From Tubiluchus corallicola (lineage: Eukaryota; Animalia; Priapulida), in the NCBI GenBank assembly GCA_030141605.1, contig JAQGDQ010001050.1, positions 1 through 64,000 of the forward strand: a DNA stretch of 64,000 nucleotides, written 5' to 3'. Positions 14,301 through 56,579 of the stretch are shown piece by piece. A model generated the notes under the pieces. That model was not told the origin of the DNA, searched no databases, and worked only from the letters and a program-made list of their open reading frames with translations. A program made the translations under genes and the position numbers. Numbering within the stretch: position 1 is the first letter of the stretch; every line of letters starts with the position of its first letter.

Positions 14301-15271
14301 AAGTTCCAGGGGTCACTTGCTGCATTGGTTAGCTTCTTATTTATCTGGACGTAGTCAACAAGTAGTTAGAAGGTTTCATCACATTCTTTGTCCCTGGCTG
14401 ATGGGGTCCTTCAGGGCTTTATTCTGGGCCCTCTTTCGTTCCTTGTCTACGTAAATGACGTTACTCATAGTACACAGTGTGACACGCACTTTTTTGCCGA
14501 TGATACTTCCATAATGGATACAGACACAGAACTGGTAGATTCTGCATTGTGTCTAAATTCTGACCTAGAGACCTTGCAGCAGCACTTGGCTGATAGATGG
14601 TGTTACCTTTAATCCACACAGGTTTTTGTTAACTTAATCATGATTTATACCTCAGAAAATGTAGAAATTACGATTGGTCGCTGGTATTACCTAGTTGTCA
14701 ATGTGTTCTTTTTATAAAACAGTTGATCATTACTTAATTAGCTGCTCTTTTTACCACCAGACCAGACAATATTTACAAATCTCTACACCCTTTTTTCAAC
14801 TTTTAAAATCAATGTCTACCAGACCCTAAGTAATTATGTGAACAATCAAATTTTTGTATTAGTGCAGTCTTTCATTTCCAACAATAAAAGCTTCTATGGT
14901 ATTAACTGTTGCTCTTTGTTACATAGTAATGTTCATAAATACTACAACATTTCTTGTACATTATGGTCACCATTGTTCTGCATATGTCTCTAGCAATTCG
15001 TTCCCCACTAGAGGAGAACTGTCTGTTTCAAACCTAGTTGTTACATTTTTAATAAACTTATGTTTAAATCAAATAAATGAATTTACCAACGAGTACGGTG
15101 GTGGAGGTTCCATTGATCCTCCCGGTGGTGCATAGGCTTGCAGTGGATATCCTTGCTGTGGAGGATAACCTTGTTGTGGAGCATAACCTTGTTGTGGAGC
15201 ATAACCTTGTTGTGGAGCATAGCCTGAATAAGTTGCTTGTTGTGGATAGCCTTGTTGTTGAGGTGGCTTAG
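11260..15271 (-). CDS. DAZAP2: DAZ-associated protein 2 homolog (three secure exons; N-terminal exon uncertain)
   Basis: complement join(15087-15271,12953-13048,11260-11388) reads [11 protein letters not shown]...(GYAPQQ)n...MEPPPPYSL|[32 protein letters not shown]|[42 protein letters not shown]. The C-terminal half matches the DAZAP2 signature GGYDAGARF...PPPPPG.PPNAAQLA.MQG...GGSDGGYTIW. Not represented in the ORF track. Confidence 0.92.
11485..11712. mobile_element. Partial family C element (TTGACTCAAATAACTCCGCATAATTGACTC core)
   Basis: Reverse complement of about 28485-28703. Confidence 0.75.
12102..12475 (+). repeat. Interspersed repeat family E, copy 2
   Basis: Homologous to the copies at 10433 and 47050. 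Confidence 0.8.
12482..12793. mobile_element. TA-flanked MITE
   Basis: TIR GGGTCATTCTCTACAGAACG / CGTTCTGTGGAGAATGACCC. Confidence 0.75.
12953..13048 (-). CDS. DAZAP2: DAZAP2 internal exon (GGFDAGARF)
   Basis: TTTTCTAG acceptor, GTAAGC donor, 96 nt, phase 0-0. Confidence 0.93.
13083..13526 (-). mobile_element. Family A MITE (TIR CAGGGATGAGAA), reverse orientation
   Basis: 12 bp TIRs; body homologous to the copies at 39054 and 46106. Confidence 0.88.
13945..14270 (+). mobile_element. Partial copy of the 39962 element (possibly Helitron/Helentron-related)
   Basis: Shares GCCCCGCAAAA.ATTTTG.GTATAAA and GAGTTGGGTCCG segments with the 39962 copy. Confidence 0.55.
14305..14612 (+). mobile_element. 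CR1/L2-clade LINE reverse transcriptase fragment (degenerate)
   Basis: [16 protein letters not shown], then frameshifted [19 protein letters not shown]...FADDT, matching RT motifs GVPQGSILGP and YADD. Confidence 0.85.
15087..15271 (-). CDS. DAZAP2: DAZAP2 exon encoding Q/G/Y/P-rich repeats and a PPPPY motif
   Basis: TTTTTATAG acceptor, GTAAAT donor, phase 1-0. Confidence 0.88.
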
Positions 15272-16795
15272 CTATAAAAAGACCATATCAATCTATTCTT
15301 GCCAAAAAGCAGATATCAATCTATTCTTGCACTTCATATAATAAACAATTGTCTAGCTAAGTAGAATAGTTTTTTCACTAGAATAAATGCGCTTCAATCT
15401 TATGATTATAACAAGTAAATTACAATAAATGGAAATTTTCCATTTGGTTTGCACTACACAGCACAACAAAATTTACTGGTGGTATTTACATTATCCAATA
15501 CAAAGTGAATCACAATTCCAGAACAAAGAAAATAAAAAATAAGAAGAGAGATGAAAAAGCTGCCAGTGCTCAATAGAAAAGATTAGGCAGTTAAGTCGCG
15601 GAAAAGTTGTCAGTATGTTCATATACCACATGCTTTTATGGTTGCAAAAATATTTGCTATAAAATAAAAGTGAAAACACTTCAATGAAAAGATTTCTCAA
15701 ACTGACTTTTTTCGAACATACATTGTCTTCAATCTCAGGTTTGAACGGCAGTACAATTTAGTCATCAGCTATATGGTTCATAAAAGTTTCTTCAAAAACT
15801 TGGGTCAAGAATGAAATTAAGATTCTTTTATTTGATTTTTAAGCCACTTAGTATTTGATAAAAACACAGAGGTGTTTAATGTGCTAGAGAAAGGCATGAC
15901 AAATTGTAACTTCTGTCCACATTTAAACTGCTCAAAAGAGCCTGCCCGAGCTTTTGCAACATCAAAACGTTGGAAATTCAGGAAATGGAATGTTAGTCAT
16001 GGCTAAAGATGCAAAATGAACTCACACACTCACAACTTCCCAGCGTTGGCTCATGGATAAAATTAGTGGGAGTGCTGCTTCAGAAAATTTTTAGGTATTG
16101 TTTTAATACTGTGTAAAACGAAACTTGTAATTTTAATGTTGTAATTTTAAACAAAAAAAACATACAAAAATTTACACATAAACTTGATAACATCCTAAAC
16201 AAAAAATATCGTTTGCTTACGAATAGCCTAAATTGTCACAGTTCAAGAATATGCCGGTGCACAGCTTTTAAGCACGTGACAACTGACAACATACACTGCG
16301 TGAGCGACAGTACTTCTTCTACCTAAAATGCGCAGCGTCTTATCTCAGACGTGTACATGGCCATATGTGCACAACAGCCAAACACCACATTACTGTGAGC
16401 GCACTATGTTGGGCTATAAAGCAAACAGTACTACCCTCACGTGATCTGGTTCCTTACGAGTATAAAGAAAGAACTAAAGAAAAGACTAATTATAATTGAA
16501 CATTATCGATAATATTGAGTGAAAATAGGAGGTGCTGCAGTTCCACAGTACCCATACATGAGCCGCCACTACAACTTTCAGTATCGTATATAATGTACTC
16601 ATTATACGTTAAAAGAGATGTTAACTTCAGACACAGGTGGTGTTAAATAAAAATTATTCTACTTAAATAATAGTCAGAGTTCCAAGCCATAAGTTAATAA
16701 AATTATGCATAGGTTTCAAAAATAAGTGCAGGGTGGTATAACAAGCTCAAGCTGAAAGTTCAAAACAAGGAAATATATTGTGCTAAAGTTAAATA

Positions 16796-17222
16796 CACTT
16801 ATGTCTCGGTTTGTTGGACAAAAATAGGGAGACACTGGCCCTAATTTGCCAATTTTCCACATTTACCGATAGTAAGTTAAATATTGTATTATTGGCGCCA
16901 TGTATTAGATTCGTGGTAAGGTAGAATCACTCACCTAAATTTCTCAAAAAACGTCTAGTACGGGCCGCTCCTATGCAAAACTATATAAAACCTGTCGGCA
17001 TTTGACTCAAATAACACTGCATAGCTGACTATATTTTTACATATAGAGATATACACGTGGTTACACTGATGTAGTGACACACAAAGTAATGGCCCACCAA
17101 CTAGCGGTCAGCTCGCGAAACAGCGGAATGCGTCTGTAGTATTCGGGACATTTTAAGGGTCCAAAATTTGTCCGATTCTTCCGATATCCGTAAAAGCGAG
17201 GTCCGGCAAACCGAGATGAGCG
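16796..17222 (+). mobile_element. Family B MITE (TIR CACTCATATCTCGGTTTGCCGGAC, TA flanks)
   Basis: TIRs at both ends; five homologous copies in the window. Confidence 0.85.
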
Positions 17223-17398
17223 TATTGTCAAAAGTAGGTTAATTAATGAAAAATAAAGTAGACAGACGACATCTATAATTACTGCACAGTCAAGTTATAC
17301 CACAGCATGCATGCAACATATGTTAGTGTTTTGTGCAGTGATACTAGCTACCATGTCCATGCGCTCAGTGCAGTAAACATTTAAGCAAAAAAACTGAC

Positions 17399-17444
17399 CT
17401 GGAACATAAATATGTGTTTGTGCTTTTGGTGGAGAGTTTCCCAT
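17399..17444 (-). CDS. DAZAP2: Candidate DAZAP2 first coding segment (MGNSPPKAQTHIYVP), within a possible exon 17399-17486
   Basis: aatATGG context; CAG/GTCAGT donor in phase 1 matching the 15271 acceptor; TTTTTATCAG acceptor at 17487; no homology support. Confidence 0.35.
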
Positions 17445-20229
17445 ATTGTCTCATGAGTTGTCTACACTCACACATAAATACTCAGTCTGATAAAAATACA
17501 TGGAAAACGTAAATGCCGACTTAAGACTTCTGATCGTCTGTTAAGCCTGATCTTAGCTTACAATTTTCGATCACATTCAATAATCGGTCAATGATGTAAA
17601 TTTTCAATTCAATATCGTTTGTTCTTTGTGACTTTGAACATATGTCAACCATTTGTTAAAATTATCATCCAACTATAGACAGCCTCGATTTTATGATAAA
17701 AGCATTGTCATTCTTTAATAGATTTGGAAGGAAATAGAGTAATTTTACAAAAGTACTTGTTTTTTTATTGCTGTAAATTGTGATCAAAAATATTGCGCAG
17801 AACTTTGTATAATAATAGGACACTTGAGAAATGTAGAAAGGAAGGATTGAGAACATAGTTTGTACCAGTTACTTTCAAGTATCTTCTAAATGAAACTGTT
17901 CTCCACATTAAACTTCAACTGCCTTATTCAGATCTAGATAAGCCTTTTCACAGTTCCAGCGATTGATGATAATCGTTAAAAGCTCAAAGGTTAAGTGTAC
18001 CCAACAATGCAGTTGTGTACACTTGGCAACGCCTCGCATAACATGCTGATGTGAAATTGTCAATCTTTAACAGGTGCTTTTGTATAACGCCAATTTTGTT
18101 TTAAGAAGTTTGCACACAAACTCCTAATTTTTTGTACCAGGAAAAGTTATTGTGATTTCAGTTCAGTTCAGTTCAGTTTAGTGCCTGAATTTTATATCAG
18201 CATATCATGATATCAGCTGAAAAAAGTCTGAAATAAAAGAAATTATAAACTTAAGCAAGCTTTTACTTTTATTCATCACCTCACTAAGAACATTTTTTAC
18301 GCAATCAGTATTTTAGAATAATAAAAATCTTAAATTTTTTTCAAGGTTCGTCTTATTGTCGTTCAGATCTTATTGTTTGTTCATCAATCATAGTTTATAA
18401 ATTGCCAGGTATCAATAACATCGCATAGTTTTAATGCTATTTAAAAATTTGTCGACAATTAATATGACCACACAATGATTACGAACTTAGGCAAGATGTC
18501 TTTTCACCTTGTCATAAGAAGCTGCGCAGAAGGTTTTAATGTTTGCATCATATTGTTTACTTTGCCTTTAATAAACTTCTTTTTCTACATTTATATTAGC
18601 AGTATACAGAATATTGTTGTGGCTGGTATCCTTATAAAGTAAGGAAACATGATTATATATAGCCAAGCATAGAGCTCTTTATTTATGTAATGATATTTGG
18701 ACAATAAGCTATTAGGTGGCATTTCCAGACAACCGGAATGCATTGCCTGTCGGCAGAATAGCTTGTAGAATAATTAACCTAGGTTGAGTCCAAATTGCAA
18801 TAGCACATAATGCAAGTCTGATAAACAAGTACATTAAAAACACTGAAAAGATAACAGAATCTGATTGTCTGCCTTTAACATTATGGACAGAAGAAAATCA
18901 TTTTAATTACTCTAAATTTAAATTTATGTTGTACTGTCATCATACTTTTTTTTAGTTTTGGATAGTACTGCCACCTTCAGGTGTTTTTGTTAATTGTTAA
19001 ATCTTTCTCTTTACTGTTTAAATTTTCATTGGCTTCTATAGTTTAGGAATGCATAATCTCTAAACCTGTTTTCACACCTAAATGATTTCACCTGTAGTTT
19101 TTGGTCACTTGGTTTTCTGTTTTTCAACATGACACTACTTTGCTGTTTATGTAGACACTACAGAAAAAATTCTTAAAACTACATTTCAAGTTTTTTGGTT
19201 TCTTCAAACCACGTTATAAAGTGTCTTATTCACAGCATTATTTAAATCCAATGCGTACCAATACAACATTGCTCGAGAGTAGTTACTGGATGGGTTGTAG
19301 TTCCACTGTTCACAGAATGATGTACGGATTTGACCAATAAGATTCAATTAAAATTTATATCTGAGATGATTAATGCCGAGTTTCCACTGCTCCTGCACGG
19401 ACACAGACTTTTTCTGATGGCTCATATGGAAAAAATAAAGCAATTTTGTAAATCATTGTTTACATGTTTGTCGTTTCCACTGCGTCCGCACGGAAAGCCA
19501 CGTGCTCGCACGGATCCACATGTTTACTGTAAACCTTTTTCCTGCGAACGGAAAAACGCATTTTCACAATAAAGAAGGAGCAAATTATACACGATATAGA
19601 ATATGGCTTCCCCTTTATGATACGAGTACCCCTAACTGCAATCACAGATACTTTACAAGAACTTTGTTAAGTGAAATATCTTTTGAGGTCAGTAGTGAAT
19701 GTTGAACATTTAGTTTTTGTTATTAACTTTACTTCTTGCTAAAGTTTTGAAAATTTAGCTGGGTTTTGCGATTCCTTGTTCAAGGCAATTTTTAGATTTA
19801 CAGTAACATTTACACACTCTAAATAGTCGCTATACAATCGATATTTGTTACAGTATTTCGATTTTTTCTGTTGATCTATCACCATTGTACAATATTGCAA
19901 GTTCTTAAATTTACATTAAATTTAAATTATTTCTCTTTCAATGACAATTCTCTTCCAACGAATCAAATGAATATACCCAATCTATTTAAATTCCAAAAAT
20001 GTGGAACGTTGCAAGCTGCATTCTTAATTTAGGTACGTTTTCCTCATCCATTATTGCGATGTGATGATATTTGCCTAGCTGTTCACTGTTTTCGAGGTAA
20101 AAAACGATATAATCGCTTCCTGTATTGCCTATTTACCCTTTTCTTTAGCCAACGTAGCAAAATCTAATGATTGTTACTTCTAGAAAGCCCAAAATTTCGC
20201 CGCATCTATGGTATTTTGTTTAGAATGAG

Positions 20230-20280
20230 TGCGGACCCAATGGAAACGACTTAAGCGGAAGTAAAACATGCGACACAGAG
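20230..20280. promoter_or_regulatory. Candidate bidirectional promoter core between DAZAP2 and CUL1
   Basis: CCAAT (20237) and ETS-type GCGGAAGT (20255) between divergent genes; motif evidence only. Confidence 0.3.
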
Positions 20281-22441
20281 AAGACAATGTCTGTGCTGAC
20301 GCAGTGGAAAGGCCGCCTTATACTCCTTAAAAGCTAGTATAACATGAAGCACTTAGACATGCCTTCTTGCTTCGATTCTTTCTTGCTCTTCTTGGAAAAC
20401 GGCATGGTAAAAGATTTAAGCAATATTTCAGTAAATTCTTTACGAATCAAAGAGCTTTTTAAGTTTTTATATTACTACCTCACACTCAACAACCACAAAA
20501 CTCCGTTATTTGTTTACTTTTTGGCCAGGCGTGACAGTGACTGTTACATACAAAATCTGGCCTTTCATTTGGTAAAAAAAATTCGAAAGTGAATTGACAA
20601 AGTGATGCTTACAAATTTTCCTATTCTTCCTCCAAGCTCTAAAACCACTAAGCGACGCAATTGTTGTAGGCTTTAAAATATTTAAAATAGTTTTTTGTAT
20701 TTGCTGAAAAAATTTATCTATTTATTGCTTTTTGTGGTACAATCGACGGTTAATTTAATTAAAATTCTCGCTTTGCCTTGGATCTCGTTAAATGCGAGAG
20801 GTTGCAAAAGTTGTTCATGACCAGTAAGAGAATTAGAAGAACAAAAAGATTTAGAATAAACTGAATAAGTTTTATGGTAAACCTAGTTTGTCGCGATAAC
20901 GTTTTAGTTAAATCGACGAAATGAGCCCTCCGTTTGGTGCGCCGCAGTGATTTAATCGAGGTTTGGCTTAATACGTAACTTTACATTATTGCGTTTCATT
21001 TATGAATTGCAGAATCATAATGATATTCATAAAATATTGTGATGTCCCTGATATGTTTCACAAAGTGAAGAGAAATGTCAGAAAGGAAATCATCTTCTTG
21101 AAGTAAAGTATTGTGGAAATTACCTCAGCGATTTTACATGGTGCTCTAATTTTTGATTTGCATGTATCTCTACAAGCCCAATTCTTTCACATTGTAACAC
21201 TGTATCTGATTTCTCTTATCTTTTATTTGGCTTCTCCTAATAGCTTTCTTACTTTCAAGGCCTGGTTAATTCTAACATTTATTTTCTTTAACTTCGCTGG
21301 GTTTTTGTTGTACCAGTTACCAATCGTAGTCCTCTTCCATAACTGTTTCGCTCGTCATCTATGCTATGTGGAAGGCATTTCATCTCCAAGCTCAAGTCTT
21401 GTATGTAGTATCCAGTTTTTATATTCCATCGAAAACTTTGAATTCATATTAATTTTAATGCCTGAAGCTTAATCTCAGAATGAAAAATGAATGTTAATTT
21501 GTGGTGCTTATGATTCTGACACTCCTCGTTTATTAATTTTATACAGAAATTGAGATTTTTCAGCTAAACAATCTTCCACAGTTCTGTGATATTTTCTCAT
21601 AAAATTGTCTCATAAAAGAATCTAGTCTTCATCCTGCCTTATTTTGCACATCATTTTACACACGATAAATGAGCAGTTTTTTCTGATTTTCCATTAGTGT
21701 GCTGAGATACATGCGAGTGCTGCTGAGTTTGTACCTTGTAATAATATTATTAAAATGAGTGTTTGGAAAATTCATGAAATGTCTGTTAGTATTAAGCTTT
21801 TCCCTTGTTATGGGCTAACGTTTGCAATTCTCCATGCTCAAGAAATTAATTTGTGAAGCCTAGGGTTAGGTGTGACGGGAACACAAAAGAATTTCCTTCA
21901 TAGCATATGGTGTTCTCAGAAATCTTTATTTCTGTATATAAAAAAATGAAAATAATAAATTTTACTGCTTTCACTGCTTACAAATTTATAATGATCTAAT
22001 TATTATAATTTAAAACAATAAAAGTAAATATTACTCACCTCGTGCGGCTATAACAACCTAATACATCCTTGGAACGTCATACCGGTTTACAGCAAATCAG
22101 ATAAGGACGCTATACTTGAACATTTATCTAAACGTTATTTATTTAACGTTTGCTGAGGCTTCTGTAAGCGTGTTTAGTGAGGCTCAACCTAATTTACAAC
22201 TTCACAGGTAAAATTACAGGTAGGTTCACATAGGTGCTGCCACGTACATGTTAAGGCCAGAGACTGACCTTAACATTAGGGTTATGGTATTTAAATTGTG
22301 TGTGAAATTGTAAACTATTTCCTTGTTATGTAACAACTGAACAACTGTGCTCACTAATTTGCTACTGTTAAGTGACTGATTTAACTTGTGAAGTGTCTAA
22401 TGTCACTTTCTCCTTTACCCAGCAGCAGAAGAGCAGCAAAC

Positions 22442-52232
<29,791 letters not shown>

Positions 52233-52417
52233 TCACACTGGCAGTGCAGTTTATTATCACAGCAACACCAAGAGTGCTTCTGTAGTTTTGTGAAGGAACA
52301 CTACGCGCCTCTCTTTGCTCAAATGTGCTAGCCATTTAACTGTGTTACCTGTCAAGTTAACCTGTTACCTGTTAACTGTAAAAACTCACATTCTTAGCTC
52401 ATTCAAACTGTGAAATA

Positions 52418-52813
52418 CACTCATATCTCAGTGTGCCAGACAAAAGCGGGGAGGCGTCGGTTCGAATTTGCTGATTGTTCGTATTTTCTGATACTAAGCT
52501 AATGCAGTAGGGACTCATGGTAATGTAGAATCAATCGCCTAATTGTCTCAAAAACGTCTAATACGGGCCACTTCTATGCAATTGTATATAAATACTGTTG
52601 GCAATTCACTCAATTGGCTGCATAATTGACTCTGACGTACAAGTCGTACGTGTGTCATCACACGCTGCTTGTATGTAAACAATGCGACGGCCTGCCAACT
52701 AGCGGTCAGTTCGCGAAACAACGCACTGTGTCCGTAGTATGCGGGACTTTTTTAACGGTTCAGATTTTGTGCGAATTTTTCAACGCGAGGTCCGGCAGAC
52801 CGAGATATGAGTT
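52418..52813 (+). mobile_element. Family B MITE just downstream of the CUL1 stop
   Basis: TA-CACTCATATCTC...GAGATATGAGTT-TA. Confidence 0.87.
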
Positions 52814-53733
52814 TAAATAGAGTTTGAAAGTACAAGTTGCTAAGAGATGATTGCACGTGAGTGACACTTCATTCTTCAGTTTCATTTATACTTTAATTAC
52901 TGTACCCTCTCTGCACTTTTTAATTTTTGTACATAACTAGTGGCCTTCAGATTTCAGAATGACAGATAAAGATGTGCGATTTATGCCGTATTCAGTCGTT
53001 TCTGTTTGCTTTAAGCTTCTGCTGTATGACAGTGGCAGTTTTTTGTCACCTTGCTGCTGTTCTTACAAATTGCAGCACATCAGTAATCGAATGCTCAGTC
53101 AACCCCGGAGTGTCGCCATGCAGCCTCAAATTTCAATTTTCTGTTGCTTCTGCCACATGAAATTTAATCCCATTCATGAATATCTATGTTGTTATAGGTG
53201 TGCGTTGGTTGTTTTGGTATTTTTTCGATGAGATGTGATATGTTTTTGTCGTTAGAATTTGTTGTTGAGCTGCTGCACCTGTTTGTTTTTGAATGTTAAA
53301 GGTTTCGGTTTGGTCCAAGAATTACTGAAACCAGCTTTACTGATGATATACATGTATCATTCATCGCATTATATTAGTTACTTCAATTCCTAGATCAAAC
53401 TTTAAAAAATGCCAGCAATTTTTTTTCAACTCTTTCCATTTGAAGTTAACGATTATAAGTTTACAGTTGGTTGACGACACAACAGTTTTTGCAACTGTTG
53501 TACAAGACAGTCCAGGAAATCGATTTTGACCCGACAGACGTTCTTATTGACCGTTCGTAATTTGAGTTAGTTGAGTTGGGTTCAATCACCATGACATAGC
53601 TGTGATTTTAGTCACTTTGATTGTACTTGAATGATCAGAGTTGATTTTGTGCCACTTCCTGAACACAGTTGTGGTCGCAACCTATATTGTTTCTAATTTT
53701 CGTATAAAGTTTTAGGTTTAAGGAATGAATGTA

Positions 53734-54339
53734 CAGTGAACTACATACAACTCGAACTGTTATAACTCAAATTCTTGCGTATTTCGAACAAATCCCCTGG
53801 AACGGATTTTCCCTTCCATTTTCCTCTTTACCAAACGTCGCGTATTTGAAATCTGCAGCTCGAATTATCGCGTAACTCGAACCGAATTCTTGGTACAATT
53901 TATAAGAATCTACTTGAAATTACCTCGCCTATGTCTAACAATCTCTGAAGCGAGGAATCCTACACGAAAGTGTGCCCTACGTTTCGAATTTTAACTGCTT
54001 CTTTCAGCTAAAATGCGAAGATTTCTTGTATTACCTCAACAGAATGTTGCAGTTGGCTTGACGAACGTGGTTTAATGTACATCGCAACACATATTATTGC
54101 CGAATTCTAAAAAACCATGCTACTCAGACTGCAATAAAGGTGGACCAATTATTTTGTTTTGGATTATTTAAAAAAAACTAGTTTGATATTCGATTAAAGG
54201 TTGAGTTTGTCATTTTCCCAGGCTGCAGGGTATTGTCACGTTGACAAGCGACTCGATGTTGTTTTTTACGAATAACTTGGTCGCATAACTTGAACAAAAT
54301 TTCCGGTCCTGAACAGTTCGAGTTGTACATAGTTTACTG
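53734..54339. mobile_element. pogo/Tigger-like MITE
   Basis: TIR CAGTGAACTACATACAACTCGAAC / GTTCGAGTTGTACATAGTTTACTG. Confidence 0.8.
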
Positions 54340-55217
54340 AATTTTCGGTTGTACTGTGATGACACATTGGTATGTCGCTGTTCCCGTTGTTATTATTTAC
54401 CTGGCAGTACCATTTTCTTCAGTCTTGGTAATGCTTATAGCTTGTTTCATCAACAACCAAAAATATTGGAAAAATCCATCGTTTCTACTGCATACTAGAA
54501 GACATTGTCAGGAAATATATAAATACATTAAAGGAAAACAGGATGATTTTTCACATACTATCCCATTTTCAAGTACAGTAAGAAGTATACATTTCAACAC
54601 AATTAATACCGCAAAAGGTTTCTGATAATTAAATAATAGATTAAAAACTTAATTAACAGCGAGCGAGCCCAACTATTGATGACATCACAAACTAACGTAA
54701 TTTTCAACAGCAAAAATATTCCACGAATGTGTTGCACGTGTTTGCGAAAGTGAAAATTGAAGTACAGCGCTACTGTAAGATATTCAGTGTGTTGTACTAA
54801 AACTAGGCAAGTTTCAAGATAAAAATAAAAATTTCAAATTTACCACTGTGCTGATGCATGAGCTATCAAACGTGTGTAGTTCGTCATTAACTAACACATC
54901 TGAAATGAGAGGTACAGCACCTGTCTTTTTGCGTAACGTGTTTCCGAAATGTAGGCGCTAGTGTCCGTCTAACTAGCGAATGGCGAAATGTATGTAACAG
55001 TGAACAACTAGTGGCGCGAATGTGAAATTGTGTTTGTGTGGTAATAATTGTTTCGCGTAAGTCATTTTTTGAAAAAATAATATGTTTCCTTTCAGTATTT
55101 TAAAGAGCAGATTGTTTTGACCTACAGTTTAAGATTGAGTCCAGTTTTGCTTTAATCATTCTTTATAGAGCTCCTGGCGATATCTGCTAATGTGCAGTGG
55201 AAACTTTGGATTTTTCT

Positions 55218-55234
55218 AATAAAAGTTTAATAAA
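55218..55234 (+). terminator. Candidate CUL1 polyadenylation signals (double AATAAA)
   Basis: AATAAA at 55218 and 55229 followed by GT-rich sequence; other AATAAA sites exist (54133, 57406). Confidence 0.3.
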
Positions 55235-56579
55235 ATTTATTATATAGTGGGTTGTTTATGAAATGGAAGTGTTCTTGTTATAAAGAATATACAAAACTTT
55301 ATAGCTAGTTTATTTGAATGCAAAATGCCAGTCATTTGTTAAACGGTTAAAATAAGTCGTGGTTCGAACGTAACTTCTAGGCATGAACCCCATTGGTAAT
55401 TTCATCGTGTTTTTGTGGTCTAGCCAGTAAAAAGCCTTGCCTTTAATTATCTGCAGATTCATAGAGTACAAATTGTAAAAAAGTTCGAACGAAATCCTAA
55501 GAATTTAAATGAAAATTGAAAATAATTGCAATGATATGGTTACGTGTGTGTAACATTCGGATGGATATCGTGTGGTGTGTGTGAAAAGATGTAGTACTTG
55601 TCGTGTTTTCTAGTACAAATTTAACAGCCAAGTCGAGCATCGGTGTAAATATATGTACAAATAGCAAGTGTTCATAATTATGTGCATTCTACGAAAAGAA
55701 TGTTTAGTATACATGATACTATAAATATTGTTTGATATGGGTTTATGTAAGGCACTCGCTTATTTGATATAATAACATTTAAAGGGAAGGGAGTGTTTTG
55801 TGAAGTTCCAATTTTACACAAAAAACAGAAAAGAAATGCTGTAAGATTTTCTGATACTTTTCTTGACGGTTTATGTAAAACAAAATCTGACATGAAAGTT
55901 TGTTTCCGAAGAAAGTCTGGAACTTGATTTTGCCAGTTTTACTCGCTAGGTGACACCAGGAATAACTTAGTCCTTAGTTACGACAGTGTTTACAGTCCGT
56001 TTATCACTTGTCCACATTTCACCGTGTAGCATTGTTTACGAATTCACGAAACGAGGCGGTATCTAAGGAAGCTGTTGCTAGTATATTTGTTTTACTTGCA
56101 ATTTTCCGAAGTTTTTGATTTGCAATTTTGATGCCCAATTTCATCGGGAAGGAAGCCATGAAATTCAATAAAATTAGTGTCAACTTTTAAGTTTCGTTTA
56201 ACTTTTAATTAAGGAAAAGTTGTTTTTACGTTAAATTTGACCTTTAAACAACTTGCTTGTAAATTACCAGAAGCCAGGAAGTATCACATGAAGAAGAAAG
56301 CATGTAAGTTTATATCTCAAACTACCAATGTAATACATTTATTATGTTTTTCACTACGCAGTTTCACAAACGAGCTTCTGAAATATGAAGCTGTTTTTGA
56401 TAATAGAGACGATCACGTTAATGGATGCTTTTGTACTGAACTTGGTAAAGAATCTTTATGGATGTTAATAACAAATTTAGTTCACTGCAGTTAGTGTGTT
56501 ATAAATGTGAGGGAGTTCACTGCAGTTAGTGTGTTATACACACAATTTTAGCTGCAGTGAATTTATTTAAAATTCTGTA

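Noticed and set aside
15077-15271. Plus-strand ORF with VVEHNL repeats
   Set aside because: Antisense of the DAZAP2 GYAPQQ exon.
18330-19320. Possible decayed minus-strand LINE
   Set aside because: Only faint motif resemblance; no continuous frame I can support.
22031-22080. Strong minus-strand donor GAG/GTGAGT as DAZAP2 first coding exon
   Set aside because: Upstream ATG frames hit stops before the donor, and CCTCGTGCGGCT also occurs near 174, suggesting a repeat.
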